Shown in pieces: positions 17,443-27,120 of a stretch of 32,000 nt of DNA (positions within the stretch are counted from its first letter, which is position 1; every line of letters begins with the position of its first letter). The notes below the pieces were generated by a model, which worked only from the letters and a program-made list of their open reading frames with translations, was not told the DNA's origin and made no database searches. This stretch comes from Vibrio alginolyticus NBRC 15630 = ATCC 17749 (lineage in GTDB: Bacteria; Pseudomonadota; Gammaproteobacteria; Enterobacterales; Vibrionaceae), in the NCBI RefSeq assembly GCF_000354175.2, contig NC_022359.1:180001-212000 (forward strand), in the 5' to 3' direction. The position numbers and the translations under genes are program-made.

Positions 17443-18380
17443 TGAACCTTAACTTTCGTTTGTTGATTTTGTGATTGTAGATCTGGGTGGTGTTTCGTAG
17501 CCGTATACTCGTTGTCCCTCACTAAACGCAGGGTGACACGTCGGTTTTTTGCTTGGCCATTAACCGAGTTATTGCTGGCAATTGGGTAACGTGAACCATG
17601 AGCTCGTGTTTCGATCATCGACTCGTCGACCCCAAGCTCAATCAAAGCATTGGTGACTTGCTCTGCTCGAGTACGTGACACAGAAAGGTTCGTTAAACTT
17701 GAACCAACGTTATCGGTGTGACCGTCGATGAGGATTTTGGTCACTCGATCATCCACAGATACATAGCTATACAGCGCTTCTAGTGTTGCTTTCTGTCCAC
17801 GACTTAACGTCTTCTGACCAAACTCAAATGAGAGCGCCATATCCCTTGCCTCTGAAAAAGACAATTTAGGCAATCGCGCGCGACACGCATTAAATGATTT
17901 CAATGCGTTTTGAATTTGAAGAGTAGGAATCACAATCTCTGAAACAGAGGAAGCATTACTTCCTTTAAGTGACAGCGTCACCCAACTACCCGAAGCAATT
18001 GAATCCATGAATTCTTCAGCGCCTTTATTAAAGATGAAACGCTGAGACGGCTTAGTAAATTCAAGGGAACCAAATTCTTTTCTATAAAGCTCATCACCCC
18101 AAGGAGCATTTTGAGTTGTTAAAGCAATCGTTTTCCATTTATTGTTTTCATATTCTATATCGGAAATAAAATAGAATTTATTATTAGGTTCCGCTAGGAA
18201 ATAAAACTTCCCATAGTCTTTATTTGATTGCAACAAGTTGCATTTGAATTTATTTCCCTCATATGTCCATTTAGAGAGGTCCATAGGGATTGTTAAGACT
18301 TCTTCTGAATATGACACTTTTGAAAAAATAAAACTGATAACAATAATTGTGTTACAAATTATCAAACGGACATGATTCAT
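17439..18380 (-). CDS. motY: Lateral flagellar motor protein MotY (MotY_N domain plus OmpA-like C-terminal domain)
   Basis: C-terminal OmpA-like peptidoglycan-binding motif (DGHTDNVGS...NLSVSRTRAEQV...NRRV). The N-terminal W..EG..F.C.L pattern resembles polar MotY. The preferred start is the ATG at 18380, which gives the signal peptide MNHVRLIICNTIIVISFIFSKVSYS; the track start at 18458 is an alternative. The stop overlaps the lafK start (ATGATGA). Confidence 0.8.
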   Translation of the reverse strand: MNHVRLIICNTIIVISFIFSKVSYSEEVLTIPMDLSKWTYEGNKFKCNLLQSNKDYGKFYFLAEPNNKFYFISDIEYENNKWKTIALTTQNAPWGDELYRKEFGSLEFTKPSQRFIFNKGAEEFMDSIASGSWVTLSLKGSNASSVSEIVIPTLQIQNALKSFNACRARLPKLSFSEARDMALSFEFGQKTLSRGQKATLEALYSYVSVDDRVTKILIDGHTDNVGSSLTNLSVSRTRAEQVTNALIELGVDESMIETRAHGSRYPIASNNSVNGQAKNRRVTLRLVRDNEYTATKHHPDLQSQNQQTKVKVQ

Positions 18381-18493
18381 GTATATCTTACATTCCCATG
18401 ACTTAAACCGTTTAATTAAATATGCCACCAAGCCGAGAGAACTGGCATAGCTAATCATTTTAATTACCTATTCTGAATATTAAAATTGGTTAC

Positions 18494-18504
18494 AAAACGC
18501 TCAA
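18494..18504. repeat. Copy 1 of an exact 11-mer (AAAACGCTCAA) in the motY/fliM divergent control region
   Basis: Identical to 18620-18630. The start-to-start spacing is 126 bp. Confidence 0.5.
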
Positions 18505-18619
18505 GAGAGCACGCTTAGCCTCCAACGGAAGCTTTAAGCATAAAAAACAGTATCTTATAATTTATTTATTTGAAGTTGTTGTTACGCCATAAAGGCAATT
18601 TAAAAAATCTATAACAACT

Positions 18620-18630
18620 AAAACGCTCAA
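18620..18630. repeat. Copy 2 of the exact 11-mer AAAACGCTCAA
   Basis: Identical to 18494-18504. Confidence 0.5.
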
Positions 18631-18837
18631 CATTGTTATTTTATTTATTAAGCGATTTATAAAGAAAACTAACTCTTTTTAAATTTCATTAAAAGATTAT
18701 GACTATATGAACAAAGCAACATGTGAACTAAAGTCACAATCTTAGAGTTTGGAGCTAAAAGATCATTAAAATTTCTGTGTAGACTACACGCCATTAAGTT
18801 AAAACACTTTCGATTGTTAACGCACGGTAAAATATAA

Positions 18838-19656
18838 ATGGAAAATAGAGTTAGCGAGCCTATTTCTGATAGTCAACTACTTGATGTAGAATTATTAGGC
18901 AAACCTATTCATATCATTCGTGAGAAGCTCGATAATTTAATTTCAGAATCTTGCTCAAATCTTACGACTGAATTACAAAATTGGCTCAGCACAGGAAAAG
19001 TGGAAGCTAGCTTAACCTCAGTAGACTTGCACCGCTTTACATCGGTTGAGATGGACAAAGAGCAAACGTCGACCTATCAACATCAGGAAGGCGGCATGGT
19101 ATTCATCCATGGTAACCCCCACACGCTAATAAAGTTGGCTGATAGATTTTATGGTGCAAGTGCAGAGCGCTCAGCCGCTACTCTGACGGCCAGTGACTTA
19201 CGTTTACAAGAGCGCATCAGTCGAATCATCATCGGTTGGCTTGCTCCTGGTGAAATGTGGGACACGGGTGAGTATGAGACCCCTAGAGGTATTGGCATTA
19301 ACGTTCAATTAAACATTGCGTTTGACGATCATCAAGGCTCAATTCATCTCAAGCTAGATGGTCATCTTATTCAAACGCTAATCGAGCAGCTTGAACTGCA
19401 GCCTGATACCGATTTGTTTCAACCTTTCTGTCGTTCTTTAGAGACGACCCCCGTTCGACTGAACGTTGTTCTAAGTAAAAAGAAGATGCCTTTAAGTGAT
19501 GTGGTTGGCTTACAACCCAACGATATTTTACCTATTGAGCTTCTTAACACGGTTCCAGTAAGCATTGGCAACCAATCTCTATTTACAGGTCGTATTGCCG
19601 AGCAAGACGGCCAACTTGTTTTGATCTTTAACCCTGATAAGGAACCGCAGCGATGA
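18838..19656 (+). CDS. fliM: Lateral flagellar motor switch protein FliM
   Basis: 272 aa, first gene of the fliMNPQR-flhBA operon, with a C-terminal SpoA/FliN-like region (LQPNDILPIE). Shorter than typical FliM proteins. Confidence 0.85.
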   Translation: MENRVSEPISDSQLLDVELLGKPIHIIREKLDNLISESCSNLTTELQNWLSTGKVEASLTSVDLHRFTSVEMDKEQTSTYQHQEGGMVFIHGNPHTLIKLADRFYGASAERSAATLTASDLRLQERISRIIIGWLAPGEMWDTGEYETPRGIGINVQLNIAFDDHQGSIHLKLDGHLIQTLIEQLELQPDTDLFQPFCRSLETTPVRLNVVLSKKKMPLSDVVGLQPNDILPIELLNTVPVSIGNQSLFTGRIAEQDGQLVLIFNPDKEPQR

Positions 19657-20024
19657 GCGAAGCGCTAGAAACTAATGCATTCGACGCAGAAGAACTGAAC
19701 TTTGATGATTTTCAATTAGAAGACTTTGAAGCCGAAGATACGCTCCAACAAGAACCAGCCACTGCGGAACGTGACCTTAGCTTTTTCAAAAGCATTCCTG
19801 TCACAGTCACGCTGGAAGTTGCGAGTAAGGAGATCCCACTTGGGGACTTAATGAAAGCGGGTGAAGGCACGGTTATCGAGTTGGAAAAGCTCAATGGCGA
19901 GCCTTTAGACGTGAAAGTAAACGGTTCTCTTATGGGCCACGCTGAAGTTGTCGTTGTCAATGATAAGTATGGACTTCGTCTGATCGATGTACATGACTCT
20001 GCATTGAGTGGCGTTGGTCAATAA
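19653..20024 (+). CDS. fliN: Lateral flagellar motor switch protein FliN
   Basis: 123 aa with an acidic N-terminus and a SpoA domain (IPVTVTLEVASKEIPLGDLMKAGEGTVIELEK). ATGA overlap with fliM. Confidence 0.9.
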   Translation: MSEALETNAFDAEELNFDDFQLEDFEAEDTLQQEPATAERDLSFFKSIPVTVTLEVASKEIPLGDLMKAGEGTVIELEKLNGEPLDVKVNGSLMGHAEVVVVNDKYGLRLIDVHDSALSGVGQ

Positions 20025-20042
20025 TCTTAGGTAGGCATCACA

Positions 20043-20801
20043 ATGAAAAATCTGAGCGCTTGGCACCGTTGGTTACCTCTTTTGGTATTGGTGTCACTTT
20101 TGTTTGCTTTCCCAACAATGGCGGCTGACAACGGCTTAACTATCTTGTCCGTTTCTGATGGCGACACACAACAAGAATACAGCGTTAAACTGCAAATTCT
20201 GTTGTTGATGACGGCGCTCAGTTTTCTTCCAGCATTTATTTTGATGGCGACGAGCTTTACTCGAATTGTCGTTGTCCTTGCGATTTTGCGCCAAGCTCTT
20301 GGTCTTCAACAAAGCCCACCTAACAGAGTGTTGGTCGGGATCGCTCTCGCATTGACGTTACTGATTATGCGCCCTGTCTGGAGCGATATTTATGAAAATG
20401 CGTTTCAGCCATACGACAACGGCGAAATCACGCTAATACAGGCTTTTTCTGTTGCAGAGAAACCAGTGAGAGAGTTCATGTTGGCACAGACGCACCAAAG
20501 CTCTCTTGAACAAATGTTACGTATTGCCAATGAGCCTCTCGACCAAAACGTTGAGGATATTTCATTTGCCGTTGTCTTGCCTGCATTTGTCATTAGTGAA
20601 CTGAAAACCGCCTTCCAAATTGGTTTTATGCTTTTCATCCCGTTTTTGGTCATCGACTTGGTTGTCGCCAGTGTCCTGATGGCAATGGGTATGATGATGC
20701 TATCACCTTTGATTGTCTCACTTCCCTTTAAGTTGGTGGTATTTGTACTCGTGGATGGTTGGGCAATGACAGTTGGCACCTTATCTGCCAGCTTCGGTTA
20801 A
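20043..20801 (+). CDS. fliP: Lateral flagellar export apparatus protein FliP
   Basis: 252 aa with a signal peptide and conserved FliP motifs (LSFLPAFILMATSFTRIVVVLAILRQALG). Confidence 0.95.
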   Translation: MKNLSAWHRWLPLLVLVSLLFAFPTMAADNGLTILSVSDGDTQQEYSVKLQILLLMTALSFLPAFILMATSFTRIVVVLAILRQALGLQQSPPNRVLVGIALALTLLIMRPVWSDIYENAFQPYDNGEITLIQAFSVAEKPVREFMLAQTHQSSLEQMLRIANEPLDQNVEDISFAVVLPAFVISELKTAFQIGFMLFIPFLVIDLVVASVLMAMGMMMLSPLIVSLPFKLVVFVLVDGWAMTVGTLSASFG

Positions 20802-20813
20802 CTAGGAGCAGTT

Positions 20814-21083
20814 ATGACCCCAGAACTAACCGTAACGTTATTTTCCGATGCAGTATGGCTGATCATTTTGATGGTTGCCGTATTGGTTGTTCCAGGCTTA
20901 ATTGTCGGTTTGTGTATCGCCGTATTTCAGGCTGCCACACAAATCAACGAGCAAACACTCAGCTTTTTGCCACGTTTGCTCGTTACCTTATTAATGGTGA
21001 TTTTTGCAGGTCACTGGATGCTACGTAAGATCATGGAACTGTTTGATTTCTTGTTCCACAACATACCAGGGATGATTGGCTAA
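20814..21083 (+). CDS. fliQ: Lateral flagellar export apparatus protein FliQ
   Basis: 89 aa, two TM segments, an AGGAG Shine-Dalgarno, and the expected fliP-fliQ-fliR order. Confidence 0.9.
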   Translation: MTPELTVTLFSDAVWLIILMVAVLVVPGLIVGLCIAVFQAATQINEQTLSFLPRLLVTLLMVIFAGHWMLRKIMELFDFLFHNIPGMIG

Positions 21084-21859
21084 TGGCCATCACATTTGCA
21101 GAGCTCTCGGCGATACTCGGTCAACTCTGGTGGCCGTTTTTTCGTGTGGGAGCCGTATTTATTTCAATGCCTTTCTTTGGTGATGCAATTATTCCTGTTT
21201 GGGTTCGTACTTTACTGGCCCTCTCGATCGTTGTCATTACTGGACCGTTAATGCCACCCATGCCACAAGTCGAATTATTCTCTATGACTTCCCTGTTCCT
21301 TGCTTTTGAGCAAGCTATTTGGGGGGTAATGTTTGGGTTAATTTTGCACATGCTCTTTAACGTTTTCACCATGCTTGGTCAGGTGATTTCTCTGCAAATG
21401 GGCTTAGGTATGGCGATGATGAATGATCCTATTAACGGGCTTTCTGTCGCCATTTTGGGACGCATATTTCTGATTTTCTCAACCTTGTTGTTTCTTGCGC
21501 TAGAAGGACACTTACTCGTCATAGATATCGTGATTCAAAGCTTTGTTGTTTGGCCAGTCGGATCTGGTATCACATCGCTTTCTCTGCAAGGTGTTGTCAA
21601 TATTTTCGGTTGGATGTTTGCCTCTTCACTAGCTTTGGCTTTACCCGCTATTGTTTCCATGCTTCTAGCCAACATCAGTTTTGGTGTAATGAACCGAGCC
21701 GCACCATCACTTAATGTCTATGCGTTAGGTTTTCCTATGACGATGCTGCTGGGTCTATTCAGCGTATTAATCTCAGTTTCTGGTGTTCCTGGTCGCTACA
21801 CGGCGCTCGTTCACGACACCATTAGACACTTGAGTAACTTTATGTTGGGGGGAGCATGA
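21083..21859 (+). CDS. fliR: Lateral flagellar export apparatus protein FliR
   Basis: 258-aa polytopic protein with a TAATG overlap with fliQ. Confidence 0.9.
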   Translation: MAITFAELSAILGQLWWPFFRVGAVFISMPFFGDAIIPVWVRTLLALSIVVITGPLMPPMPQVELFSMTSLFLAFEQAIWGVMFGLILHMLFNVFTMLGQVISLQMGLGMAMMNDPINGLSVAILGRIFLIFSTLLFLALEGHLLVIDIVIQSFVVWPVGSGITSLSLQGVVNIFGWMFASSLALALPAIVSMLLANISFGVMNRAAPSLNVYALGFPMTMLLGLFSVLISVSGVPGRYTALVHDTIRHLSNFMLGGA

Positions 21860-22983
21860 GCGATCAATCTTCTCAAGACAAAACTGAAAAAGCCTCACCG
21901 CAGAAGGTAAAGAAAGCCCGTCAGGAAGGACAAATTCCTCGCGCGAAAGAGTTTACTACTGCGGTTATATTTCTAGCGGTGGCGCTCTACTTTTACTCTC
22001 AGCTTAATAGTATTTGGGAAAGCATGTCGGGGATCTTTCGCTACAACATGATGCTGACGCGAGCCGACCTAGAAAATCCTAAACAACTTGTCGAGCAATT
22101 GGGACAAAGTTTAGCAGTCATCATCGACATGCTATTACCATTGTTTACCGTCATTATTATCGTGACCTGTGGTAGTAGCCTTGTGCTAGGCGGCTGGATG
22201 TTCCGTCCCGCGAACGTGATGCCAAAGCTCAGCAAAATTAATCCTTTGAGCGGGATAAAGCGCATTTTTTCGACCCGCTCAGTGGTTGAGCTCTTAAAGT
22301 CAACGTTCAAAGTAGCCGTGATATTCGGCATCTTATATGGCTATTTAGACAACCACTTACAGCCATTACTTGGCATGCAAAATCTCCCGCTCAGCCAAGG
22401 TTTTTCTCTAGTAATGTCAATTCTGTTTGAAGGCTTACTCTTAATGGGCTTCGCCTTGTTGTTATTTGGGGTTATCGACATTCCTTATCAGCGTTGGGAA
22501 CACCTAAAAGAACTCCGCATGACGAAACAAGAATTGAAAGAGGAATTTAAAAATAATGAAGGTCGTCCGGAAGTAAAGCAACGTATTCGTCAAATACAGC
22601 AACAGTTTGCGCGCCGTAAGATCGATAAAATGGTGCCGACGGCTGACGTGATCATCACTAACCCAACGCACTATGCAGTCGCACTGAAATACGAGCCTTC
22701 ACTTTCTGACGCGCCCTTTGTCGTCGCAAAAGGTGTAGACGAAACCGCTATGCACATTCAACGTATCGCCCGAGAAAACAAAGTGGAAATCATTAACTCC
22801 CCGCCACTTACCCGTTCGATTTATCACACGACGGCGATTGAACAAGCAATCCCAAGCCAACTGTACATCGCAGTGGCACATATTCTTACTTACGTTTTGC
22901 AATTGAAAGCCTTTCGTAAAGGTGAGGGAAAAGAGCCAATTCCTTTACCTCATTTTTCGATTCCAAAACATTTGCAGCACTGA
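21856..22983 (+). CDS. flhB: Lateral flagellar export switch protein FlhB
   Basis: 375 aa with the N-terminal motif KTEKASPQKVKKARQEGQIPRAKE and the NPTH autocleavage site (IITNPTHYAVAL). Confidence 0.95.
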   Translation: MSDQSSQDKTEKASPQKVKKARQEGQIPRAKEFTTAVIFLAVALYFYSQLNSIWESMSGIFRYNMMLTRADLENPKQLVEQLGQSLAVIIDMLLPLFTVIIIVTCGSSLVLGGWMFRPANVMPKLSKINPLSGIKRIFSTRSVVELLKSTFKVAVIFGILYGYLDNHLQPLLGMQNLPLSQGFSLVMSILFEGLLLMGFALLLFGVIDIPYQRWEHLKELRMTKQELKEEFKNNEGRPEVKQRIRQIQQQFARRKIDKMVPTADVIITNPTHYAVALKYEPSLSDAPFVVAKGVDETAMHIQRIARENKVEIINSPPLTRSIYHTTAIEQAIPSQLYIAVAHILTYVLQLKAFRKGEGKEPIPLPHFSIPKHLQH

Positions 22984-23014
22984 TTAACCCGCGTTTATCC
23001 AAGGACACGAAAGT

Positions 23015-25105
23015 ATGCTTAACCGGTTAAAACAACTTCAAACATCAACCAAAGGCTACGTTGGCATTCCAATCGTCTTGCTAATGATATTAGCAATGGT
23101 GATTCTTCCTTTGCCTCCTCTGCTACTGGATGCGCTGTTTACCTTTAATATCGTCTTAGCAATCCTAGTATTGCTGGTCAGCACAACCGCAAAGCGACCA
23201 TTAGATTTCTCTGTTTTTCCAACTATTTTGCTGGTCGCAACATTATTACGTCTCACATTGAACGTGGCTTCTACGCGAATTGTACTCCTAGAAGGACATA
23301 ATGGTGGTGACGCAGCGGGTAAGGTCATTCAAGCATTCGGTGAAGTCGTCATTGGCGGTAACTACGTCGTTGGTATGGTGGTGTTCGTCATCTTGATGAT
23401 CATCAACTTCGTCGTAATCACCAAAGGTGGTGAACGTATTTCTGAGGTTTCAGCCCGCTTTACGTTGGATGCTTTACCAGGCAAACAAATGGCAATTGAT
23501 GCCGACTTAAACGCTGGCCTTATCGATCAGGAAACGGCTCGCTTACGCCGTAAAGAAGTCGCCAACGAAGCCGATTTTCATGGTTCGATGGATGGTGCAT
23601 CAAAGTTTGTGCGTGGCGATGCCATCGCAGGTTTGTTGATTCTGTTTATCAATATCATTGGTGGTATTAGTATTGGTGTCTTCGAGCATGGACTCGCTGC
23701 GTCTGACGCCTTTAAAACTTATGCCCTACTCACAATCGGTGATGGTCTAGTTGCTCAAATTCCTTCACTACTATTGGCAACGGCTGCCGCGATTATCGTT
23801 ACGCGAATTAATGATAGCGATAATGGCATGTCGGAAACCATGCAAAAGCAATTACTGGCAACTCCTGCAACGCTATTTACTGTCGCAGGTATTATGGCGG
23901 TAATCGGTATGGTACCGGGTATGCCACACCTAGCCTTTTTTGCGTTTTCTGGCGCATTAGCGTTCGCAGGGTGGCGTCAAACCAAGAAGCCAGTGCAAGA
24001 CTCCCAGATTGAAGAGGTCGAAGCACTTTCACAAGCAATGCAAGACGATGATACACCGCTGACATGGGATGATATTCCTCACGTCCAAACATTATCACTT
24101 GCGCTTGGTTACCGACTCGTCCATCTAGTCAACAAAGAACAAGGGGCTCCTTTATCACAACGTATCCGCGGTGTGCGTCGAAACCTTTCTGAACAAGTTG
24201 GCTTTTTATTACCTGAAGTTCGTATTCGTGACAACCTGAGCCTCAAGCCAAACCAATACACAATTTCTCTAAATGGCGAAGTCATTGAGCAAGGTTTTAT
24301 TGAACCAGAGCGTTTAATGGCGATAGCGGTTGGCGAAACTTACGGTGAGGTAGATGGCATTTTGGGTAGCGATCCTGCTTATCAGTTGCCAGCTGTGTGG
24401 ATTGAGCATCAAGATAAAGCAAAAGCACTTAATATGGGTTACCAAGTTGTCGACGATGGCACTGTTATAGCCACTCATATTAGTAAAATCATGAAGACAA
24501 ACCTTGCAGAATTGTTTACGCACGACGATGTGGAAGCAATAACCCAGCGTTTGACACAACAAGCCCCGAAACTAGCAGAAGCATTAGCAGCAGCACTTAA
24601 TCCAGCACAGCAGCTGAAAGTATATCGTCAGCTTTTATTGGACCAAGTGCCACTAAAAGATATTCGCACGATTGCCAACACAATGTTGGAATCCGCGGAA
24701 AATACAAAGGACCCGATCCTACTTGCATCTGATGTGCGCTGTGCACTAAAGCGTACGCTTGTTAACTTAATTGCAGGACAAAAGAACGAGTTAAATGTCT
24801 ACGCACTGTCTGATGAGCTAGAACAAATGCTACTAACTTCACTGCAACAAGCACAATCTTCTGGTACGGTAACACTAGATAGCTTCCCAATTGAGCCAAA
24901 CATTCTTGGTCAGTTCCAACAAAACTTGCCATTGATCAGACAACAGCTTAAGCAACAGGGGCTACCTCCGATCCTTCTCGTTATGCCACAGCTGCGCCCT
25001 CTTCTAGCGCGTTACGCTCGTACATTTACACAAGGGCTGGCAGTATTGTCTTACAACGAAATCCCAGAAAACAAACAAATCAATGTGGTAGGAAACCTTG
25101 GTTAA
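23015..25105 (+). CDS. flhA: Lateral flagellar export gate protein FlhA
   Basis: 696 aa with the conserved FHGSMDGASKFVRGDAIAG motif and the FlhA cytoplasmic domain. Confidence 0.95.
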   Translation: MLNRLKQLQTSTKGYVGIPIVLLMILAMVILPLPPLLLDALFTFNIVLAILVLLVSTTAKRPLDFSVFPTILLVATLLRLTLNVASTRIVLLEGHNGGDAAGKVIQAFGEVVIGGNYVVGMVVFVILMIINFVVITKGGERISEVSARFTLDALPGKQMAIDADLNAGLIDQETARLRRKEVANEADFHGSMDGASKFVRGDAIAGLLILFINIIGGISIGVFEHGLAASDAFKTYALLTIGDGLVAQIPSLLLATAAAIIVTRINDSDNGMSETMQKQLLATPATLFTVAGIMAVIGMVPGMPHLAFFAFSGALAFAGWRQTKKPVQDSQIEEVEALSQAMQDDDTPLTWDDIPHVQTLSLALGYRLVHLVNKEQGAPLSQRIRGVRRNLSEQVGFLLPEVRIRDNLSLKPNQYTISLNGEVIEQGFIEPERLMAIAVGETYGEVDGILGSDPAYQLPAVWIEHQDKAKALNMGYQVVDDGTVIATHISKIMKTNLAELFTHDDVEAITQRLTQQAPKLAEALAAALNPAQQLKVYRQLLLDQVPLKDIRTIANTMLESAENTKDPILLASDVRCALKRTLVNLIAGQKNELNVYALSDELEQMLLTSLQQAQSSGTVTLDSFPIEPNILGQFQQNLPLIRQQLKQQGLPPILLVMPQLRPLLARYARTFTQGLAVLSYNEIPENKQINVVGNLG

Positions 25106-25895
25106 TCTTATTTCAACACATGCGATGTACGAACATTTGGTTGGTCTCGCAGTACAACATATCGTCACGGATGACGATCAATTAGTCTTTGATGCTTTAA
25201 AACACAATGATGTCCAACACGCATGCCAAGCAATTAGGGAAGCTCAATCAGGAGAAGTAGAATTCCAACACCTGACGTTGAGATTTGGTATGCGTGGAGA
25301 ACAAAGTGTCTATCAATTCAAACTCTCTGAACAAATGCAGTACTGCCTGGATTTGTTCAGTCTTTACCTTGCACTAAGACAAACACAATTTCAGTTAGAA
25401 GCCTTTCATCACGACTTGATTAGTAATGTTGTCGTGCCGATTCGCGTGGATGCATTACTGTGGGAGCCTGGGGTTTATTTCCTCGAACAGACGATTCAAT
25501 TCCACTCTTCTGCTTTTCAACATGTGATTCCTTCTCTTCAAGCTGATGAAACGTTATGTGATCGTGATAAAGTCGCCACACTCACCAAAAAGTTAAAAGA
25601 GAATGCATATTCACTTTGGTTTGAAGTCGCGACATCGCAAGTGAACTTCGAGCGCGTCGCAGACTTTAGTCCCGATATGATCAAATTGTCAGTCACACTA
25701 GAGGATAAAGAAGAAAGACACGCTTTCCTACCTATTGCTAAGTTCTTAAGAAAGCATAAATATACTTGGGTTGCCGGACGTGTAGCGAGTCAAACGGAAC
25801 TTAACCGTTATCGCTTATTGGGTGCCAGTTATTATTTTGGTTATTTCAGCGATATCCCAACCTCTCTCTCCTTTCAGTCTTTTGATGAGGAATAG
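25098..25895 (+). CDS. Stand-alone degenerate EAL-like domain protein (YdiV-like); positional equivalent of lafV
   Basis: C-terminal WVAGRVASQTELNRYRLLGASYYFGYFSDIP parallels the EAL consensus vAEGVEt.eq...L..lG.d..QGy.fs.P. DMIKLS corresponds to d.lKiD, ADFS to DDFG, and RVDALLWEP to g.EALlRW.hP. The TTG start at 25098 (AGGA Shine-Dalgarno) overlaps the flhA stop; the ATG at 25125 is an alternative. Confidence 0.65.
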   Translation: MVNLISTHAMYEHLVGLAVQHIVTDDDQLVFDALKHNDVQHACQAIREAQSGEVEFQHLTLRFGMRGEQSVYQFKLSEQMQYCLDLFSLYLALRQTQFQLEAFHHDLISNVVVPIRVDALLWEPGVYFLEQTIQFHSSAFQHVIPSLQADETLCDRDKVATLTKKLKENAYSLWFEVATSQVNFERVADFSPDMIKLSVTLEDKEERHAFLPIAKFLRKHKYTWVAGRVASQTELNRYRLLGASYYFGYFSDIPTSLSFQSFDEE

Positions 25896-25920
25896 TTGAA
25901 ACTCAACCATTTATATTTAA

Positions 25921-25952
25921 AAACAGCACGATTTATTCGTGCTGTTTTTTTA
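25921..25952 (+). terminator. Rho-independent terminator ending the fliM-flhA-EAL operon
   Basis: AAACAGCACGA-tttat-TCGTGCTGTTT followed by a T-run. Confidence 0.85.
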
Positions 25953-26196
25953 TTTATAACGGATAACCACAAGATCATCGGGCAATAGTTTCTTTAACTT
26001 AACTAAAAATTTAGGCTTATATGATGATTTTCCCGGTTTTCATGGAATACAAATCACTAAAAATCATCAATTTTTATCTTTTTTAGAAATTTTTTAATTT
26101 TCAAATTAATCATTAAAGCCGACCGACCGCCTCTAGTTAGTGACAAGGGAATATCCCGAGGCCTGAAAGATATAGTGACTAACTAAGGAGACTAAG

Positions 26197-27048
26197 ATGG
26201 CTTTATCAATGCACACTAACTACGCTTCGCTTGTAACTCAAAACACAATGAACACAACAAGCGGACTTCTAAACACAGCAATGGAACGTCTAAGCACAGG
26301 CTACCGTGTGAACTCAGCTGCTGATGACGCTGCTGGTCTTCAAATTGCTAACCGTCTAGAAGCGCAAACACGCGGCATGTCAGTAGCAATGCGTAACGCA
26401 CAAGACGGCATCTCTATGATGCAAACTGCTGAAGGTGCGATGGATGAAATGACAAACATCGTTTACCGTATGAACGACCTTGCTACACAATCGTTGAACG
26501 GTTCAAACAGTGCAACAGACCGTGCGTCTCTTAACAAAGAGTTCACACAGCTTACTGCAGAACTAAACAACATCGTAGACAACACTAAGTTCGGTGGTCA
26601 AAACCTTCTTAAAGGCGGCGGCTTCGGTGCAGGTGACGTAACATTCCAAATCGGTGCATCTTCTGCTGAAACATTGACTGTAAGCGCAAGCGCAGGTATC
26701 GGTGAAATCACTACTATTCTTGCTGATGCAGCAATTACAGATGGTATCGATGACGCGACTAAAGCAAAAGCAGCACTAGACAAAATCAGCGGCGCTGACG
26801 GTCTAGTAGAAAAAATTGGTAGCTCTCGTGCAGACTTCGGTGCGAACATCAACCGTCTTGAGCACACTATGGCTAACCTTGGTAACATGGTAGAAAACGT
26901 TACAGCATCTAAAGGTCGTATCATGGATACAGACTTTGCAGTAGAGTCTTCAAACATGACTAAGAACCAAATGTTGATGCAAGCAGGTACAACTGTTCTG
27001 TCTCAAACTAACCAGCTTCCAAGCATGGCAATGTCACTACTACGCTAA
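26197..27048 (+). CDS. lafA: Lateral flagellin LafA
   Basis: 283-aa short flagellin with a conserved N-terminus ([29 protein letters not shown]) and C-terminus ([22 protein letters not shown]). Strong AAGGAG Shine-Dalgarno. Confidence 0.95.
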   Translation: MALSMHTNYASLVTQNTMNTTSGLLNTAMERLSTGYRVNSAADDAAGLQIANRLEAQTRGMSVAMRNAQDGISMMQTAEGAMDEMTNIVYRMNDLATQSLNGSNSATDRASLNKEFTQLTAELNNIVDNTKFGGQNLLKGGGFGAGDVTFQIGASSAETLTVSASAGIGEITTILADAAITDGIDDATKAKAALDKISGADGLVEKIGSSRADFGANINRLEHTMANLGNMVENVTASKGRIMDTDFAVESSNMTKNQMLMQAGTTVLSQTNQLPSMAMSLLR

Positions 27049-27091
27049 TTACTTAGTTAATAGTGCGCTTAATTTAAATCGTCTTAATTAT

Positions 27092-27120
27092 AAAGCCTTC
27101 CTATGGAAGGCTTTATTTTT
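27092..27120. terminator. Bidirectional hairpin terminator after lafA and the convergent orphan ORF
   Basis: AAAGCCTTCC-tat-GGAAGGCTTT followed by ATTTTT. An A/T tract also flanks it on the other side. Confidence 0.85.

Noticed and set aside
26102-26125. Possible sigma-28 promoter for lafA (TAAAG / GCCGACCG)
   Set aside because: GCCGACCG matches GCCGATAA at only 5/8 positions, and no TAAA element lies at the required spacing of about 15 nt. lafA is expected to be LafS-dependent, but I cannot place the promoter from sequence alone.
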